Assembly: GCF_009914755.1 (NCBI RefSeq)
Contig: NC_060929.1
DNA: 64,000 bases
Strand: one strand, 5' to 3'
DNA from: the human T2T-CHM13v2.0 reference genome, Homo sapiens
Part shown: positions 16,842 through 32,700 of the stretch, one piece after another
Position numbering within the stretch: the first letter of the stretch is position 1
Layout: the number at the start of each line of letters is the position of its first letter
Translations under genes and position numbers: made by a program
Notes under the pieces: model-generated
Databases searched by the model: none
Seen by the model: only the letters and a program-made list of their open reading frames with translations
Told to the model about the DNA's origin: nothing

Positions 16842-18338
16842 AAAATCCCAGATGTCTCTTCCATTGAAGACAACGAGGAAGCATTGTCCCCTTTATTTCA
16901 GCCCTTGAGTCACATCAGCATGTGCTGGTGGGACCTTAGGGTCCGCATCACCAAGTCGAGTAAGGAATCCGTCCATGTTAGTTAGGTTTTTTCTTTCCAT
17001 TGGTTCTTTTCACAGTAGAACCAAAGTAGAACATGCTTCTGCCACTAGTACACATGTCTGGCTTCTAGATAAGGAAACTAACTTTTTCTGTCCTAACTCA
17101 CAGCTGTATTTAGGCTCTAAGGATCTGGGAAACAGAGATGTGACAGGTCCCCTTTTTCTGCTTCATCTTCTCTTTAAAACAAATAGGACTGGACGTGGGC
17201 AAACATATCTGTAGCAAAAGATTGAACACTGAATCAGGGTCATGTGCTCCATGCTCCTTAGTTATTTTTATTCATTTAAGGGAATGAGAAAAAGCAAAGG
17301 AGGCCCTCAGGACATGAAAATTAAATGTGGCAGCTGAAATTGGCATCTGCAGGCGCAGCTCAAGCAGGCTGGCATCCGCTAAGCAAGGCGTTTAAAAGGA
17401 GTTGAGGCTGCTCTAACCAAACTGAAGAAAACCTGGGCAGGGGCTGTTTAAAGGAAACAAGTTCCCTCTCTTCTTAGGACTAAGCTTGCGTACTGTCTTC
17501 CAGCTAAGGAGAATAAGTGGGGCTTGTTTAAAGGGCATTCAATGTCAGTGACTGTTTTTTCTCCATAAAGACTGACAGTTTAAAGAGAATCTGTTGGCAG
17601 GCTGATTGCAATCTTGTTTGTACCAGAGCAATAGGAATCTTGGTTATAAATATGCAAAGCATCATGAAAAGATTAAGGCTCAGTGGCTGGGGTGCAAATT
17701 GGTCTGGGCTGTTTACTGCATGAGGAATGCCTTCCCTCCGTCCTCCTCTCCCAGTGCAATCCCACACACAGAGACAAATACCTTGCCATGTCCCACTCTC
17801 CTGCTTCCCAGGGCTTATTCTGGTGTGGGCCTGGCTCTGGGGAAAGATTCACACCTGGGCAGGAAGGACAAGGTGGAGAGAGGGCAGAGAAGGAAATGAG
17901 CTCCCTGACCCAGGACCTGGCCTGCTATAATTTTTGGCTCAAATAGAGTGGGTTGTTATTGGACTAACCACGAATTTGGGCCTGCTTCAGTGATTTCTGA
18001 GAGATGAGAGGAAGTAGTGAAAACTCAGTGTTCACTCCAGCCTGGACAGATATCCTTAGGGCCAGGCCAAATTCTGTTTTAGAAAAGGGAGATTAACTAT
18101 GTGAGGAAGTCCCAGGGTTGGCATCCTGGTTCTGTCATTTAGGGGGCCCTGGGTCCTTGGGCAAGTAGCTCGGCTCGTCTCCTCACACCACCTTTCTGTG
18201 TCCTGCCAAGGTTGTTGTGTGTGAGGATGAAAGGAGACAATGAGTATAATGCATCATGCCTGGGACATGGGAGGCACCCAGTCAATGGAAGCTATGACTA
18301 GAAGGTCTGAACAAGGAGTGGCAGCGAATGGTAGGAAT

Positions 18339-18657
18339 TGTAGGACTTTCTCCTCAGTTCAGCTAAAAACTGGGTCCTTGTCACATGACCAGTTAGGCAC
18401 GCAGACACTTCGAAGGGTGATGGGGTTATGAAATTTATTGGGCGAAAAGGAAAAAGACTCTCAGCAAAGTGAGAGGGGTTCCTGTTAACAGGCCCCCATC
18501 TCACAGATTGAATTCCAGGTTACCACACAGGAACAGGAGGGCCAGGCTCCTCCTTCCTGCAAATGGGGTCAATTTCCATGCCTCCATTCTGTTTTCCCAG
18601 TGCGCAGACCGATTGGAGATGCGATTCTCCGGGGACCGTTTATACTTGGCTGTCTCA
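18339..18657 (-). mobile_element. MER61-like ERV1 solo LTR
   Basis: Minus strand TGAGACAGCCAAG...TTTAGCTGAACTGAGGAGAAAGTCCTACA; 4-bp TSD gaat on both sides. Confidence 0.75.
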
Positions 18658-19109
18658 GAATGGTCATTCACTGCACTGTCCATCTGTCCTGTGGCTTCCC
18701 AGGAGTTTAAGGAGTTTACTTAAAACCCTTTTCCTGGCTTTGCTCTGTTCTGCTGTTCAGTCTCCCATCAGCCTGGGCCTGCTTCTGCCTGCTGCCATTC
18801 TTATGCCAAGTCTTAATGTGCACTCGCTCCCTTCACGAGCACCTTTGAATTTCTAATCCTTTTGTCCCCACATCTCCTGCCTTGTCACTTTCCTCAAGGA
18901 AACAGGTTATAAAGCACTGGAATGGGGTGGAGACATTGTCTCCTTCATTCAGTTCAAAGTTCTTTTAAATCTTTGAGTGCCAGATCCCAGGAATTTCTTA
19001 GCCTACATTGGTGAAGCGATTGGCTCATGGATGCTTCGCTTGTTTCTGTAAGAAGCGAGTCTAGAATTTAGTCTCCTAAATGTGAAAGAGACAGCAAGAA
19101 GAATCATTC

Positions 19110-19460
19110 TATCAGGGCAGAGTGTAGGGAAACCCTAAGGCATAGTGCAGTAACCTGGAGCAAGTGGTCGCTGAAGATAGTTAGCACCCCTAAGCCAAGA
19201 GGGGCCGGGGAGGGACTGCCTGGCAGGGGGTGTGGTCTGCCATGGAGGGAGGCTGACAGCCTGGGTCCACCTTACTAGAGAGGAAAGAGGGGAAAAAATA
19301 CCCTAGCCTCACTCTCCCCACTCCTCAGATCTGCCTGTGTTCCCTATGGGCTGAATCCCACAGGAGTTAGAGGGAATGGACCCCTGTGGCAATCCCTATG
19401 ATCAGCCTTCCTCTCAGGTTGGAGAAGAATGAAGTGCACATCAACCAAACAGAAGAGAAG
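19110..19460 (-). mobile_element. LTR33-like ERVL LTR (old)
   Basis: Reverse-orientation similarity to the element at 43255-43712; boundaries approximate. Confidence 0.5.
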
Positions 19461-19534
19461 CAATTTGGAGGAGGAAAAAATCAGTTCTTCATGAAAGGAT
19501 CACATTGATCTTGGTAAGTGTAAACTCTAGATGC

Positions 19535-19911
19535 CCATATGGTTTGGCTGTGTCCCCACCCAAATCTCATCTTGAATTGTAGTTCCCATAATCTCCATGT
19601 GTTTTGGGAGGGGCCCCATGGGAGGTAATTGAATCCTGGGGGCAGTTATTCCCATGCTGCTGTTATCATGATAGTGAGTGAGTTATCATGAGATCTGATG
19701 GTTTTATAAGGAGCTTTTCCCCACTTGCTTGGCACTTCTCCTTGCTGCTGTCATGTGAAGAAGGACATGTTTGCTTCTCCTTCTGCCATGATTGTAAGTT
19801 TCCTGAGGCCTCACCATCCCTGCAGAACTGTGAGTCAATTAAACCTCTTTCCTTTATAAATTACCCAGTCTAGGGTATGTCCTTATAGCAACGTAAGAAC
19901 AGACTAATACA
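19535..19911 (+). mobile_element. THE1 (THE1C/D-like) MaLR solo LTR
   Basis: 'atatggtttggctgtgtccccacccaaatctcatcttgaattgtag...attaaacctctttcctttataaattaccc...actaataca'. Confidence 0.92.
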
Positions 19912-20479
19912 CCATGTCAGTGAGCCCTCACCCTCTGAACATACAATCTACTAATTCCTACTAATTTCTTTTGCAGAGTCTCTCCAGCAAAATATCAAAT
20001 TTCCATTGTACAATTTCTTGTTTAAAGAGACTGTCAGTTGTTTATGACTATATTCAGAAATTTACAAATAAATAAACTAGAGTTATTACAACAAACAAAA
20101 CACTGTTTGGCAAGTATATCAGTAAAGATTGCAACAATGAAATGACCAAAGTCACCTACCTAGTGAGCAAAGAGCCTTACTATGATATTTTTCCATGTGG
20201 CTTACCTCCCTCAGAAAAGCTGAGGTATATCAAGCACACCTACCCCTGATACCCTATTCTTTGTAACACCTCCATCCATGAATAAAGTGGACATAGAGTT
20301 CCCAGTCACTTCCTTTCCTGACATGCTCCCCTTTTCTTCGCAACCACTGTCAGGTCAACCAAAGCTTGCAATTTCTAGTTTTCCCATCTACTGGATTAAC
20401 AATGAAGAGCATAGACTTTTCTCTGGCAGCATTTTTTCGCTGTGCTGATTGAAGGTTAAAAATCCTTGTATGGAAGCTT

Positions 20480-20930
20480 TTTGTAGGTTGGGTTTCCTGG
20501 AGACAGACCCTGAGACAGAGAGTTGCATGCAGAAGGTTTACTGGGGGAGTGTTGGGAGAAACAATGTCAGGAGCTGAGGAAGGCAGGATTGGACAAAGAC
20601 AGAAGCTGATCCACAACATAGCTGCAATAGGAGTCTCAGCCCTTCCTGTGGGAAGCTTGGGAGCTGGGATGGCCTTTCAGAGATGTCCTAACTGAAGCAA
20701 ATGTGCCAGCCTTTGTTTCTTCACATCAGTCAGTTTCCTCACAGTCAGATGGCCACTGGCCATCTCTGGGAGAGAGTGCAACCTTAAGTGAAGGAGTTCT
20801 CTGTAGCCAAGGGCAATTCCCAGTGAGCCATGTAGTCATGAATTGTCAGCAGCTGAGAGTCCCAGCAGCTGGAACATGAGTGCATTGCCTCTTAAGAGAG
20901 AACCCTGATAGAGCCCCATAGCATCCCCTC
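20480..20930 (-). mobile_element. LTR16-family ERVL LTR
   Basis: 'gggtttcctggagacagaccctgagacagagagttgcatgcagaaggtttactggg...ggagctgggatggcctttcagag'. Confidence 0.7.
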
Positions 20931-21825
20931 ATCCCACATAGATCCTCTCAGGTTCCAGTGAGTCTTGTTCCTTATGAAAACTTGGACACTCCAGTGGGAT
21001 GAGCTCTAGCCTTGCTGCTGCAGCTGCCTTCACATTCGTAATGGAAGCTCATTGTCTTTATCCTCTACCACTCATTCTGGGTTTGTCTCACCCTCAGCCA
21101 GCACTTCCGTTGGTCTAGGTGGCTAGTCTGGGGGAGTGCCTAGACCCTCAGCCCTGGGGAATCTAAGGCCCTGGTTATCAGGTCCTTTTCAGGCTATGGC
21201 TGCTTTACCTGAATGTATACGCTAAATGTAGGCAGGGAAGAGCCACAAGACAGCACAGCCAAGGCCTTATGGGCAGGAAAGGCAAGCCCATGCCTAGGAT
21301 AAGTATCAATCCTAGTCAAGATGAATTGTTCCTCCATCTAGGATTGAAAAGATTCAAACGGATTGATTTGGTACCAAAAGACTGGTTGCTTTCATTGAGT
21401 GAGGGTGCCATATTGGGAACCCATTACCCTTTGTTGCTGGCAGGTTGGATGGACACTCAGCAGCATCCATAGTTAAATCAGCTTTTGTGAGTGTGCTGTT
21501 GGGGCTATGCATGAGCCTTCATTTCTGCCATCATGGCTACTCTGCTCATGAATCCACTGTGTAAGCACTGGGGTGGAAAAGAAAAGAGGCTGCCTGATGT
21601 CTACTAGCCAAGTCAGTTTGTTATTTAGCGCCTCTTCTGCAGTATATGCTATCTGGTGGGCATTAACAAAATCTTCACAATTTGTGTGCACCCCCATAGG
21701 TTCATCCCAGTGCCTCCTCTGCAGACAATCTTGTCCTCAGTCTTTCAATTGTTTTCTTCCCATGCCCTGACAAGCGAACCAGGTAATTGGCTGCATACCC
21801 TGTCTCCAAGGACCATACCAACTCT
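20931..21825 (-). mobile_element. ERVL internal (pol) remnant, ERV3-16A3-like
   Basis: ORF 21473-21697 'VNAHQIAYTAEEALNN...TQWIHEQSSHDGR' matches the ERVL RNase H/integrase junction. Confidence 0.75.
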
Positions 21826-22173
21826 CTTAGGTTTGGTAGCATGGAAACCAGACTCTGAGACAGAGAGTTGTAGGCAGAGGTTTATTTTGGATAGCACTCA
21901 TGAGATACAACTTTAGGGAATTGAGGGAAGCAGGATTGGAAAGGGGACAAATTGAATGGGGTTTGACTTCTTTATCCTCATGTCAGTCATCGGCCCCAGG
22001 CTGCCCCAGGCAGGAGCTCATAATCTTGAATAAGACATAGCTTCAGCTTAGATGGCAATTTCTAGTAAGGGACATAGCTATGTATTGTCAACAAACAATA
22101 TTTTCAATAGCTGGGAAATGGTTGTGTCAGCCCTGAAGAAGTGATCTAGGTAGTATACCACAGTATCCACTAT
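21826..22173 (-). mobile_element. Second LTR16-family LTR
   Basis: 'cagactctgagacagagagttgtaggcagaggtttatt...ggaagcaggattgg' parallels the element at 20480. Confidence 0.65.
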
Positions 22174-22204
22174 AATGTTATATTATCAATTTTTTTTTTC
22201 CAAT

Positions 22205-22808
22205 TCTGGTTCAGGTTTTATCTATCGCTGTGTAAGAAACTACCCAAAATTTAGTGACTTGAAACAATAATAAACAATTATTATTTTGCACTTTTTGTAG
22301 ATCAGGAATTTAGGAGCAGCTTACCTAATGGCACCTGGTTACCTAATGGCACCCTCAACAGCTTACCTAATGGCACCCTCACTTGGTTCTGGCTCCGGGC
22401 CTCTCACAAGATTGTACACATGATGATGGCCAAGTTTGCAGTCATCTGAAGTCTTGACTGGAGCTGGAGACTACATTTCCAAGATGGCTCACTCATATTG
22501 CTAGTAAGTTGGTGGTGTCTGTTGGCAAGAAACCCCAATTCCTGGTCATATGAATCTTTCCATAGGGCTGTGATGAGAGTCCTCATAACAGGGCAGCTGG
22601 TTTACCCCTAAGCAAATAATCCAAGAGAGAGAAACGCAGAAGCCACAATGTCTTTTGTGACCCAACCTTGGGAGCCACATACCATCATTTCTACAATGTC
22701 CTGTTGCTTATGCATGTTGGCACTATTCATTGTGGGAAGAGACTACACAAGGACATGGATACCGGAAGGAAGCGACCACTGGGGTCATCTTGGAGACTGG
22801 CTACCACA
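22205..22808 (-). mobile_element. MLT1 (MLT1F/G-like) MaLR LTR with internal 3x ttacctaatggcacc duplication
   Basis: 'ccaaaatttagtgacttgaaacaat', 'ttccaagatggctcactca', ends 'tggctaccaca'. Confidence 0.75.
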
Positions 22809-23430
22809 AGATGTTTGACAGATCTAGAAGTCTTGAACCAAAGGTCGTTTTGTCAAATGCTCTTGTCATTTTGATAATAAACTCAGTGTCTTAGAGGTGC
22901 TAACAAAAAGGTTATATGTACCCAGAAATTGAAAGCGGCTGGAATTCAACTTCTTGAGTGCCATCATGTTTTTTTCCTGCTACATGGTTTAATAAAGTAC
23001 ATATAACTGTGTTTCTATAAAGCCGTCCATCACTGCAGTAATCTCCCATTACAGCAGATTTTGCCACAAATTTAAAAGATATTATTTCTTACCCTAGAAA
23101 TAGTTTGCAAAATCATGTCATTGTGCTCAAGGAGCTTGTACCATGAAATTGCAACCTTTCTGATTTCTCACATTTTCCAGGATTCTATAGAGAAGCTTAC
23201 ATGTCACCATCTGGGAGATCTTTATGATTACTTTACCCTTTTATTCAGGATGAGTTATCTAAGTTTATGATTGGTAATTATACTTATGAGCAGTGATTAA
23301 GCTCTGCCAGCCAGCTGAACTTTGCCTGAAGGGCACTGCAAAGAAAGAAAAATACATAGGTCTTGCTCTTAAAGACATTAGTATCTTGTGAAAGCAAAAG
23401 CACAAATCCATTGTGAGCCCATAAGAACTA

Positions 23431-23734
<304 letters not shown>

Positions 23735-24264
23735 AAGAACTACGCAGCTGTAGCAACTAAATGGGAAGCTTCCATGGGAATGAAATCTTAGCAAAGCTCT
23801 CCTGGCCTCTATCTCTCAGCAAAAGCAACCCGATTTGAAAATAGAAGAGCAAATCTCTCAGCTAGCTTCATGTCAGGGATGGACTGGAGGAGAGGAGAGG
23901 AGGGGCCAGTCTTTGCTGCTTGTCACCTTAGTGGCCTGGAGGAGTCAACATCAGCTATAAATAGAATGCTGCCTCCATGACGCCCTCTCTACCCACCAGA
24001 TCACACCACATCCCCTTGACTGAGGGATGCCCTTTTGCCCAAGGCTGTAATTCATTTCCATGACTACCAGGAAGGTCAGAACAAACACATTTCTAACAAC
24101 AGGAGCCACATTTATTTTGAAGATAGAAAATCAATATCCTTATTATGTGGAGGTATGTACATTGCTTTAGAAGCATTGTACTCAGGTCTGATAGAAAAAG
24201 TCTACGTGACTTGAACTTAGTTTACATGCTGAGCTTGGAATTGAAAGGAATGGTATCTTCCATT

Positions 24265-25940
<1,676 letters not shown>

Positions 25941-27386
25941 GTCTCCTTTCTTCAAATACAAGAAGGAAAGAGAAAGTTTGATTCCTTTAGATTCTGTGAT
26001 GTTAGGCAATGTAGGTAACTTCCCAGGCTTTCTTCTTCCTTGTACGAATTGTTTCAACTTTCAGTTCTGTTTCTTTTCTACTCCTTAATAAAAAGAAAAA
26101 AAGAACCATACATCAGCTAACCGGCAGTGTGTCACGACCGAGGAGAGATGGCACTTCCTCTCTACGTGCCTGTAAAAACAAAGTGACTCAGCTTCTGGTG
26201 TATTAATTAGAGACCAGTTTACTTCCATGGAAATAGAGTCTATTGTACCATCTTTATATATTTAAACCTTTAGTGACAACAACTTTTGGAATGCATCCAG
26301 AGCAAAACGCTGGAGAGGCTCTTAATGTACAACTCTTGTTTTCCAAAGTAGACAGTTCCATTCAACTCAATCAGCTGTTCGTGAAGCACCATCTATGCGC
26401 CTATAAGGATCTTGTATTATAAAATCTAGATTGAATGCTCCAGTTTTGTTTAGGGCACAAATAACAACTTTATGCCATTTTGTGCCTCATTTGTGGAAAA
26501 TATTATGATCACAGTCATGGCATAATTCTTAAAAATTTAACTTTGATCATTCTTCCTTTTAGAATTCTTCCATGATTAAAACAAAACAAAACAAACCTCA
26601 AACCCTCCTCTAGCTGACACTGCTCTCTTCGACCAGTGCTCCCAAGAGTGAAATGAGGAGAGGCTTAAACACGAAATCAGTGCATGAGAATGGAGAAGAA
26701 AATAATAAACTTAAATCCCCAAACCAATTATTTCTCAGAAACAAAGCCTGTGTCTCTTTTGCTTGCTTTTATTTCTGAGAACACAGAATCCCTGGGCTTG
26801 TTGCAAGGGCCATTCCCACTGAGCTCTCAGGAAACTACCACAGCCATTACTGGTTCATGTGGGGAGCCTGACTCCCCGGCATGGTGGAGTACAAAATCCC
26901 AGTACTTAGAATAGTGCCTGGCACAAGGAGGGGCTCAATAAGTATTTTCTGAATTAATTAAATAATTCAATATAGAGGTCTCGTGTTGATTCTCTTTTCA
27001 CAATCATGCATTCCCAGAATATCAGGATGGGTAGCGGCCCGGATTCCTGAACATCTGAAAACCACAAAGTTCCCAGCTCAGATGGTGGAATGATGCTTTC
27101 TCTTTCGTTAGACTCATGGCTAAGAGTGTGACATTTGTTATTATTCCTGCCTGTTCCAAATGAGGCTGAAGAGACCTTGGAGGGGTTGTTGTCCCTTTCA
27201 TTCTCATGAGATGAACAGTTGTTTTCGGTAATGTCAATGGTGTCGCAGAATCATGTATTTGCAGGCTAAAAGATCATCTGCTTAAGCCAATTTCACAATA
27301 ATAGAATCTTTTGAGCCACTTTTAAACAGAGTGTAACCTGTCGAATCCATATATATTTCCAAAATCAAATCATGCTAGCTCTTATT

Positions 27387-27520
27387 AGAATAATCATATG
27401 CCTTATTTTTCAAATGGGATACTCAGATACTGAAAGGGAAAGCTGTTGATAATTACACAAGACAAAATGCATAAATTGAGACTATCCTAGGAAAACCAGA
27501 GTGAATATATGATTATTCAT
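27387..27520 (-). mobile_element. MER94-like hAT-Blackjack MITE
   Basis: ~130 bp with 'gaaagggaaagctgttgataattac...gagactatcctagg' and degenerate inverted ends. Confidence 0.55.
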
Positions 27521-28155
27521 AAGCAATTGATTTACAGGATATTTAAAAACATGAGGTCCACGGAGAGAGAAATAATTGACAAGGGTGAGAAGCTTTTAAG
27601 GAGTTTTTCTTCTTTAGCTATTGGACAAAGTTTTTCATAAAGTATCTCTTGTTGGAAAGACCAGTCCTCAATCACTGTTGGGAACCTATTTTGACTTCAA
27701 CAAACTCCTCGATATTGACATTCACATATTCTTACCACATCCAGCCTGCATGCTACATGTGAAGACTTACAGATGCCAGCAATCATCAATTCAGAACAAC
27801 CTTTGTTTTTTCCTGAGCTAAATAAGTCCAAGACCTTTATACCACCTTCCTTTTTTTCTTATTTTTTAATCTTTTAATCAGACTTTTTAGTCTTCTTTGT
27901 GCCTTTTGTAAGTTCTCTCTGGGTCCCACTAATATTTGATATCCAGAATCACACCTAACATTATAGGAAGGATCTGGTTGGTGCTATTTCTACTCTACCA
28001 TAGCTGTGAAAATTACCTTGCAAAGAGAATGCAGCACTTGATACTCTAACAACAATTATAGGTCAATATCAGGCCATGAACATTCTGTTAAGAACTGAAA
28101 ACATCTTAGAAGCACCTGTTAAGCTTCTATCTCACTATTGTCTTTTAGAAGCAAT

Positions 28156-28391
28156 TACAGCTCACTGCAGCCTTGACCTCCCAGGCTCAAGCAAGCCTCC
28201 TGCCTCAGCCTCCCAAGTAGTTGGGACTACAGGTATGTGCCACTACACCTAGCTAATTATTTTTTATTTTTGGCAGAGATGGGGGTCTCACCATGTTGCT
28301 CAGGCTGGTCTTGAGCTCCTGGCCTCAGGCAATCCTCCTGCCTCAGCCTCCTAAAGTGTTGGGATTACAGATGTGAGCCACCATGCCTGGC
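28156..28391 (-). mobile_element. AluJ fragment
   Basis: 'ctcactgcagccttgacctcccaggctcaagc' AluJ signature. Confidence 0.9.
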
Positions 28392-29869
28392 TTAACTGCT
28401 TATTATTAAACTTTTAAGTTACCATTCTTATCATTTGTGGTAAGGAGTTACCACAATGACCTCCAGTTTATCTTGTCTAAGGATTAGATATAAATGAGTT
28501 TTCTAATTTTGTGATTGTAGAGTGCTCCTTTCATAAGCGTTTGGTATGAAGAAAGCAGTTAGCAGACATTGGAATGTCACAAGGTTGAGAATGTGGGGAT
28601 TGCATTGTGCTGGGGACAAACAGTGCCCAAAAGGCACACTTGCCAAGAAGAACACACTGATCTTTGAATGCGTGCATTGTACCCTCCTTGATTCTTGCTT
28701 GGCTGACCCAGGTACACAAACTCCAAGACTGGCAGGGCCTAAAGGGCCCCTCATTGGCAAATGAAATCCCCCCTTGTTCCAGGTGACAGGACTAGGCAGC
28801 AGTTTCTTCCAGTCCAGACAAACCTTCCTGAAAATGGAACATTGTGTCTCTACACATCATTTTGGTTTTAGTGAAGTCTGTGCCTCTCATCTGGTATGAT
28901 TCCTTCCAAAAAGCAAGCACTATTCCTGTCTTCCAGATCTTTTTCAATGCAGAAGCTTAAAGAAGACACTAAAAAATGTGTTTAAGATCTCTTTAAACTG
29001 AAGTCTTCTGAACAAGTGAAGCAGGTATGTCACATTTTAATTCAAGCTGAAACAAGCCATTGAAGATTGAATCTTACCTCCTTTTACAAAGTAGATGGGT
29101 TCCAAAAACATTTGGGAGAGTTGAACTACCATATAAGGCCAAGGAATTTGTCATTTAAATGACCCTGTAGATGTCTTTTAGTAAAAGGAAGAATTTCTCT
29201 TTCTACTTTTACCTCATCCCCTTTCCTTTCTTTGATGTTTTGTATATCATATTTTCCAATATTGGGCTATGCAAAGTGAAAAATATTTTTAATGTTCCTA
29301 AGTCTGCAATTTATACTAAAGATAATTACTGTTATGCAAAAGGATGTGGAGGTATTTATGTCTTTTACACAGACCCTCCTTAGAAGACATTTATCTTCTT
29401 CCCTACCTGCCATCCTTTCTTCCCACACTCAATTCAAATGGAAGGTTGACCTTTTCAGGAGGCAAGATCATTATTCCAAAATCAGTGAAGTAATCATCAT
29501 TTTCCTGGTGTGCCTTCTCTGCCATTCTTAGCTTTTGTGAGCAGAGCCCTGAAAACCAGGCTTTGCTTTGTCAGTCACACAGACAGAAAGTACATTTAGT
29601 CCTTTCATAGACCTATAGCTTATTGCAGACAGCAGGAACGACCCCAGATCTTGTTGGAAACAGCAACATAGAAATAGAAATCTATGGGATATGGCTTCCC
29701 TCTGTAGAGTTTTAAAATGAAGCCAAGAAGAAACAAGGTTCATATTTAAGGAGAATATTACCTCAAGGAACTCAACCCCACCTTAAAAAAATATCTAGTA
29801 TTCATTTGACAAGAAATTAGCAGTTACAAGGAAGATCTAGCAAATGATGGTGGCTTTTCATTGTACATT

Positions 29870-30211
<342 letters not shown>

Positions 30212-30329
30212 TAATACTATATTCACAGACCTGGTCCAGGGAGTCTTCCCAGCCTGAGTGAGCCAGAGCCACAGGCACTTCTGTGTTTGCCTGGAAAACG
30301 CACTGCTTTTTTTTTTTTCCTTTTATTCA

Positions 30330-30445
30330 TTTCCTCCCTTCCTCCCTTCCTCCCTTCCTCCCTTCCTTCCTTCCCTCCCTCCCTCTCTCCTTCCCCATTC
30401 CTTCCCTCCCTTCTTTCCCTTTCTTCTTTCCATCTCTCCTTCTTC
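30330..30445. repeat. (CCTT/CCCT)n pyrimidine-rich simple repeat
   Basis: Read directly from sequence. Confidence 0.9.
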
Positions 30446-30699
30446 ACATTTTTTTTGAAGAGAAAATTGTGGTGATAGGCAGTGAACAGAAGGGAGCTAC
30501 CATCCCTGTAAAAACTTCTACTGATGTGGCCCACTGAAAGCTTGCCAAACTCTGTGGAGGCCAGCCAATGCCAAAGTTATAGATTGGTTCCTTTTATTTT
30601 CTCTAAAATAAAAATACCTAAAAGCCAGCAAACAAATCCCTTATATATGAGATGCAATGTTTTGCAGATCATGGGAGGTGGATAAAATTGGCTGAAGAT

Positions 30700-31190
30700 T
30701 TATAGCATCTGTTGTTCACTTGTCAAGCTCCCATGTGCCCATATGACCTTCCCAATTTTGGTTTGGGAATCCATATAGTTCCAGAGAAGCTAGACTGAGT
30801 TAATCAGTTGATCCATACTTCTTTCTATGGAATGGTTACGGCTGAACGTGTGACCTTAACTAGTTCAAGCAAGTGATTCTCAGGACCTTTGCTGGGGATG
30901 CTGGGACAATGATACCCCTTAGTCTAGGTGTGAATGATGATGCACGTATTGTCCCAAGAGCTGCTAGCAGCCATCCGTGACCAACGGAATTACGAGATTA
31001 AGCCAATTTCATGGCAAGTAAAGCAGAGAGACAGAAAGAAATCAGGTCTTTGAGCCACTGGATTGAGCTTCACTGGAAACCACATCTACAAATAGATTTT
31101 TCAGTTGTGTTGAGTCAGTAATTCCTTTTATTGTTTAAGCTGAGTTGAGTTGGAGTTTCTGGTATATACAACCCAAAGATTATTAATTTG
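30700..31190 (+). mobile_element. Old MLT1 (MLT1J/K-like) LTR
   Basis: 'gagccactggattgagc', 'gattttcagttgtg', 'tgtttaagc...gagttggagtttctg...caacccaaaga'. Confidence 0.55.
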
Positions 31191-32700
31191 GATAAGCCAC
31201 GTCTTTGACTAAAAGAGCCAATATGCGTGTGTTTGGCAGGCAGGGTGGGGGGATGACATACACACACAGAAAGAGCTCTTAATCTATTCACGATCCATTA
31301 TACCTTACTTTGGAGGACATACAGTGTATAAGATGTACTCTTGGTTGCAAGTGAAACTATTAGAAAATAATATGTTAGAACATATATAATATATATTAGA
31401 AAATAATCTATAAATTACATTCAGTGGTTAAAAGAAATAAGTTTTCAAATAAGAAGAAATCAATTAAAAAGGATGAGAGGCTTCATGGAGGAGGTGAGAT
31501 TTAGGCAAGAACACGTAGGAGGTAGCTGGATGAAGGAGATCATCAAGCGAGCAACATGAGCCAAAAGGCTCTGGACTCTAAGACATCTTTAAAGTATTGT
31601 GACCCTCAAAGCCGCAACCCCCGTCACTTTGACTTTATATAGTATTCAGCATAGCTTCTGGTGATGAGATAATAATAAGCTGAAAGTGACCCTCTTTACT
31701 AAGAAAACCAATATAAGTCTCTTTGGCCATGCTTTATCACTTTCCCATATGCAAAAGTCTGGGTGAAATTCAACGGTCTAGTTGCTTTGCTCTCAGTTCC
31801 CTGCATAATTTCTGCCTCTGAGTTACAGGAAATTTCTGAAAAGCCATTTAGAGACAGATTGTAATATAATGCTCTTGAACATTTCACTCTAACAATCGAT
31901 AAAGGCAGCACTCACTGCAGAAATAATCAAACACAGGATGGAATCTAATATGCACAAAGCTGATATTTTAACTAGACCCAAGAAGCCTTATGATTCTTTG
32001 CTCAAAGCTGTGGGCTGGTTAGTTTTCCTGCCTTTGTCTTATATTTTTATATACTTTCAAGAGCCAAGCTTTTTGAAGTAGCGTATAGGGATCTTATTCT
32101 ATTTTAGTTGTTCAAGGTTGCAGTGAAGGTCAAATCTACATAAAAATAAGCATGCTGGCAACCTGCAAAGAATATCATATTCTAGGAAGAAATAAAATGA
32201 CCATCATGACCCTGTATCCCCTGCCACTCCCTCCTCACTCTCCCCTTTTGACTCCTTAAGGAAAAAGGCTGAATGCTCATGGCCAGTATGTGCCAAGCAA
32301 ATCAGGACTGCTTTCTTGAGAAGATAAGCTTTTCCAGTGAAAAGACATCCTGTAACTGTACTAAATCACAATAGGGTGGGGCATGGGGGAGATAGTGTGG
32401 AAACATTATTTTCATTCTATAATCTGGATTAAGAGCAAGATGAAAAGCGGCGTTTCCCATTCTTTCTCTTCTCACCATGATTATGTTCATCTTCTCTTTC
32501 TGGAACTATTGTCTCTGGATATGTCTCATGATCATCAGATCAACACCATCTATGAAGGATGCTTAATGTATCTTAAGTAATATTGAGTCATAAACAAAAC
32601 ATCCTTTGCATAAGATATCAAAAAAAGCATTCTCTCTATCATAATTGTTTTAATCTTTTGAAAATGTAAAAGAACTTATAGTAGCTAAAGAAATAGGATT

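Noticed and set aside
30223-30537. Low-complexity E/R/G- and P/S/F-rich ORFs
   Set aside because: Translation of a (CCTT)n simple repeat
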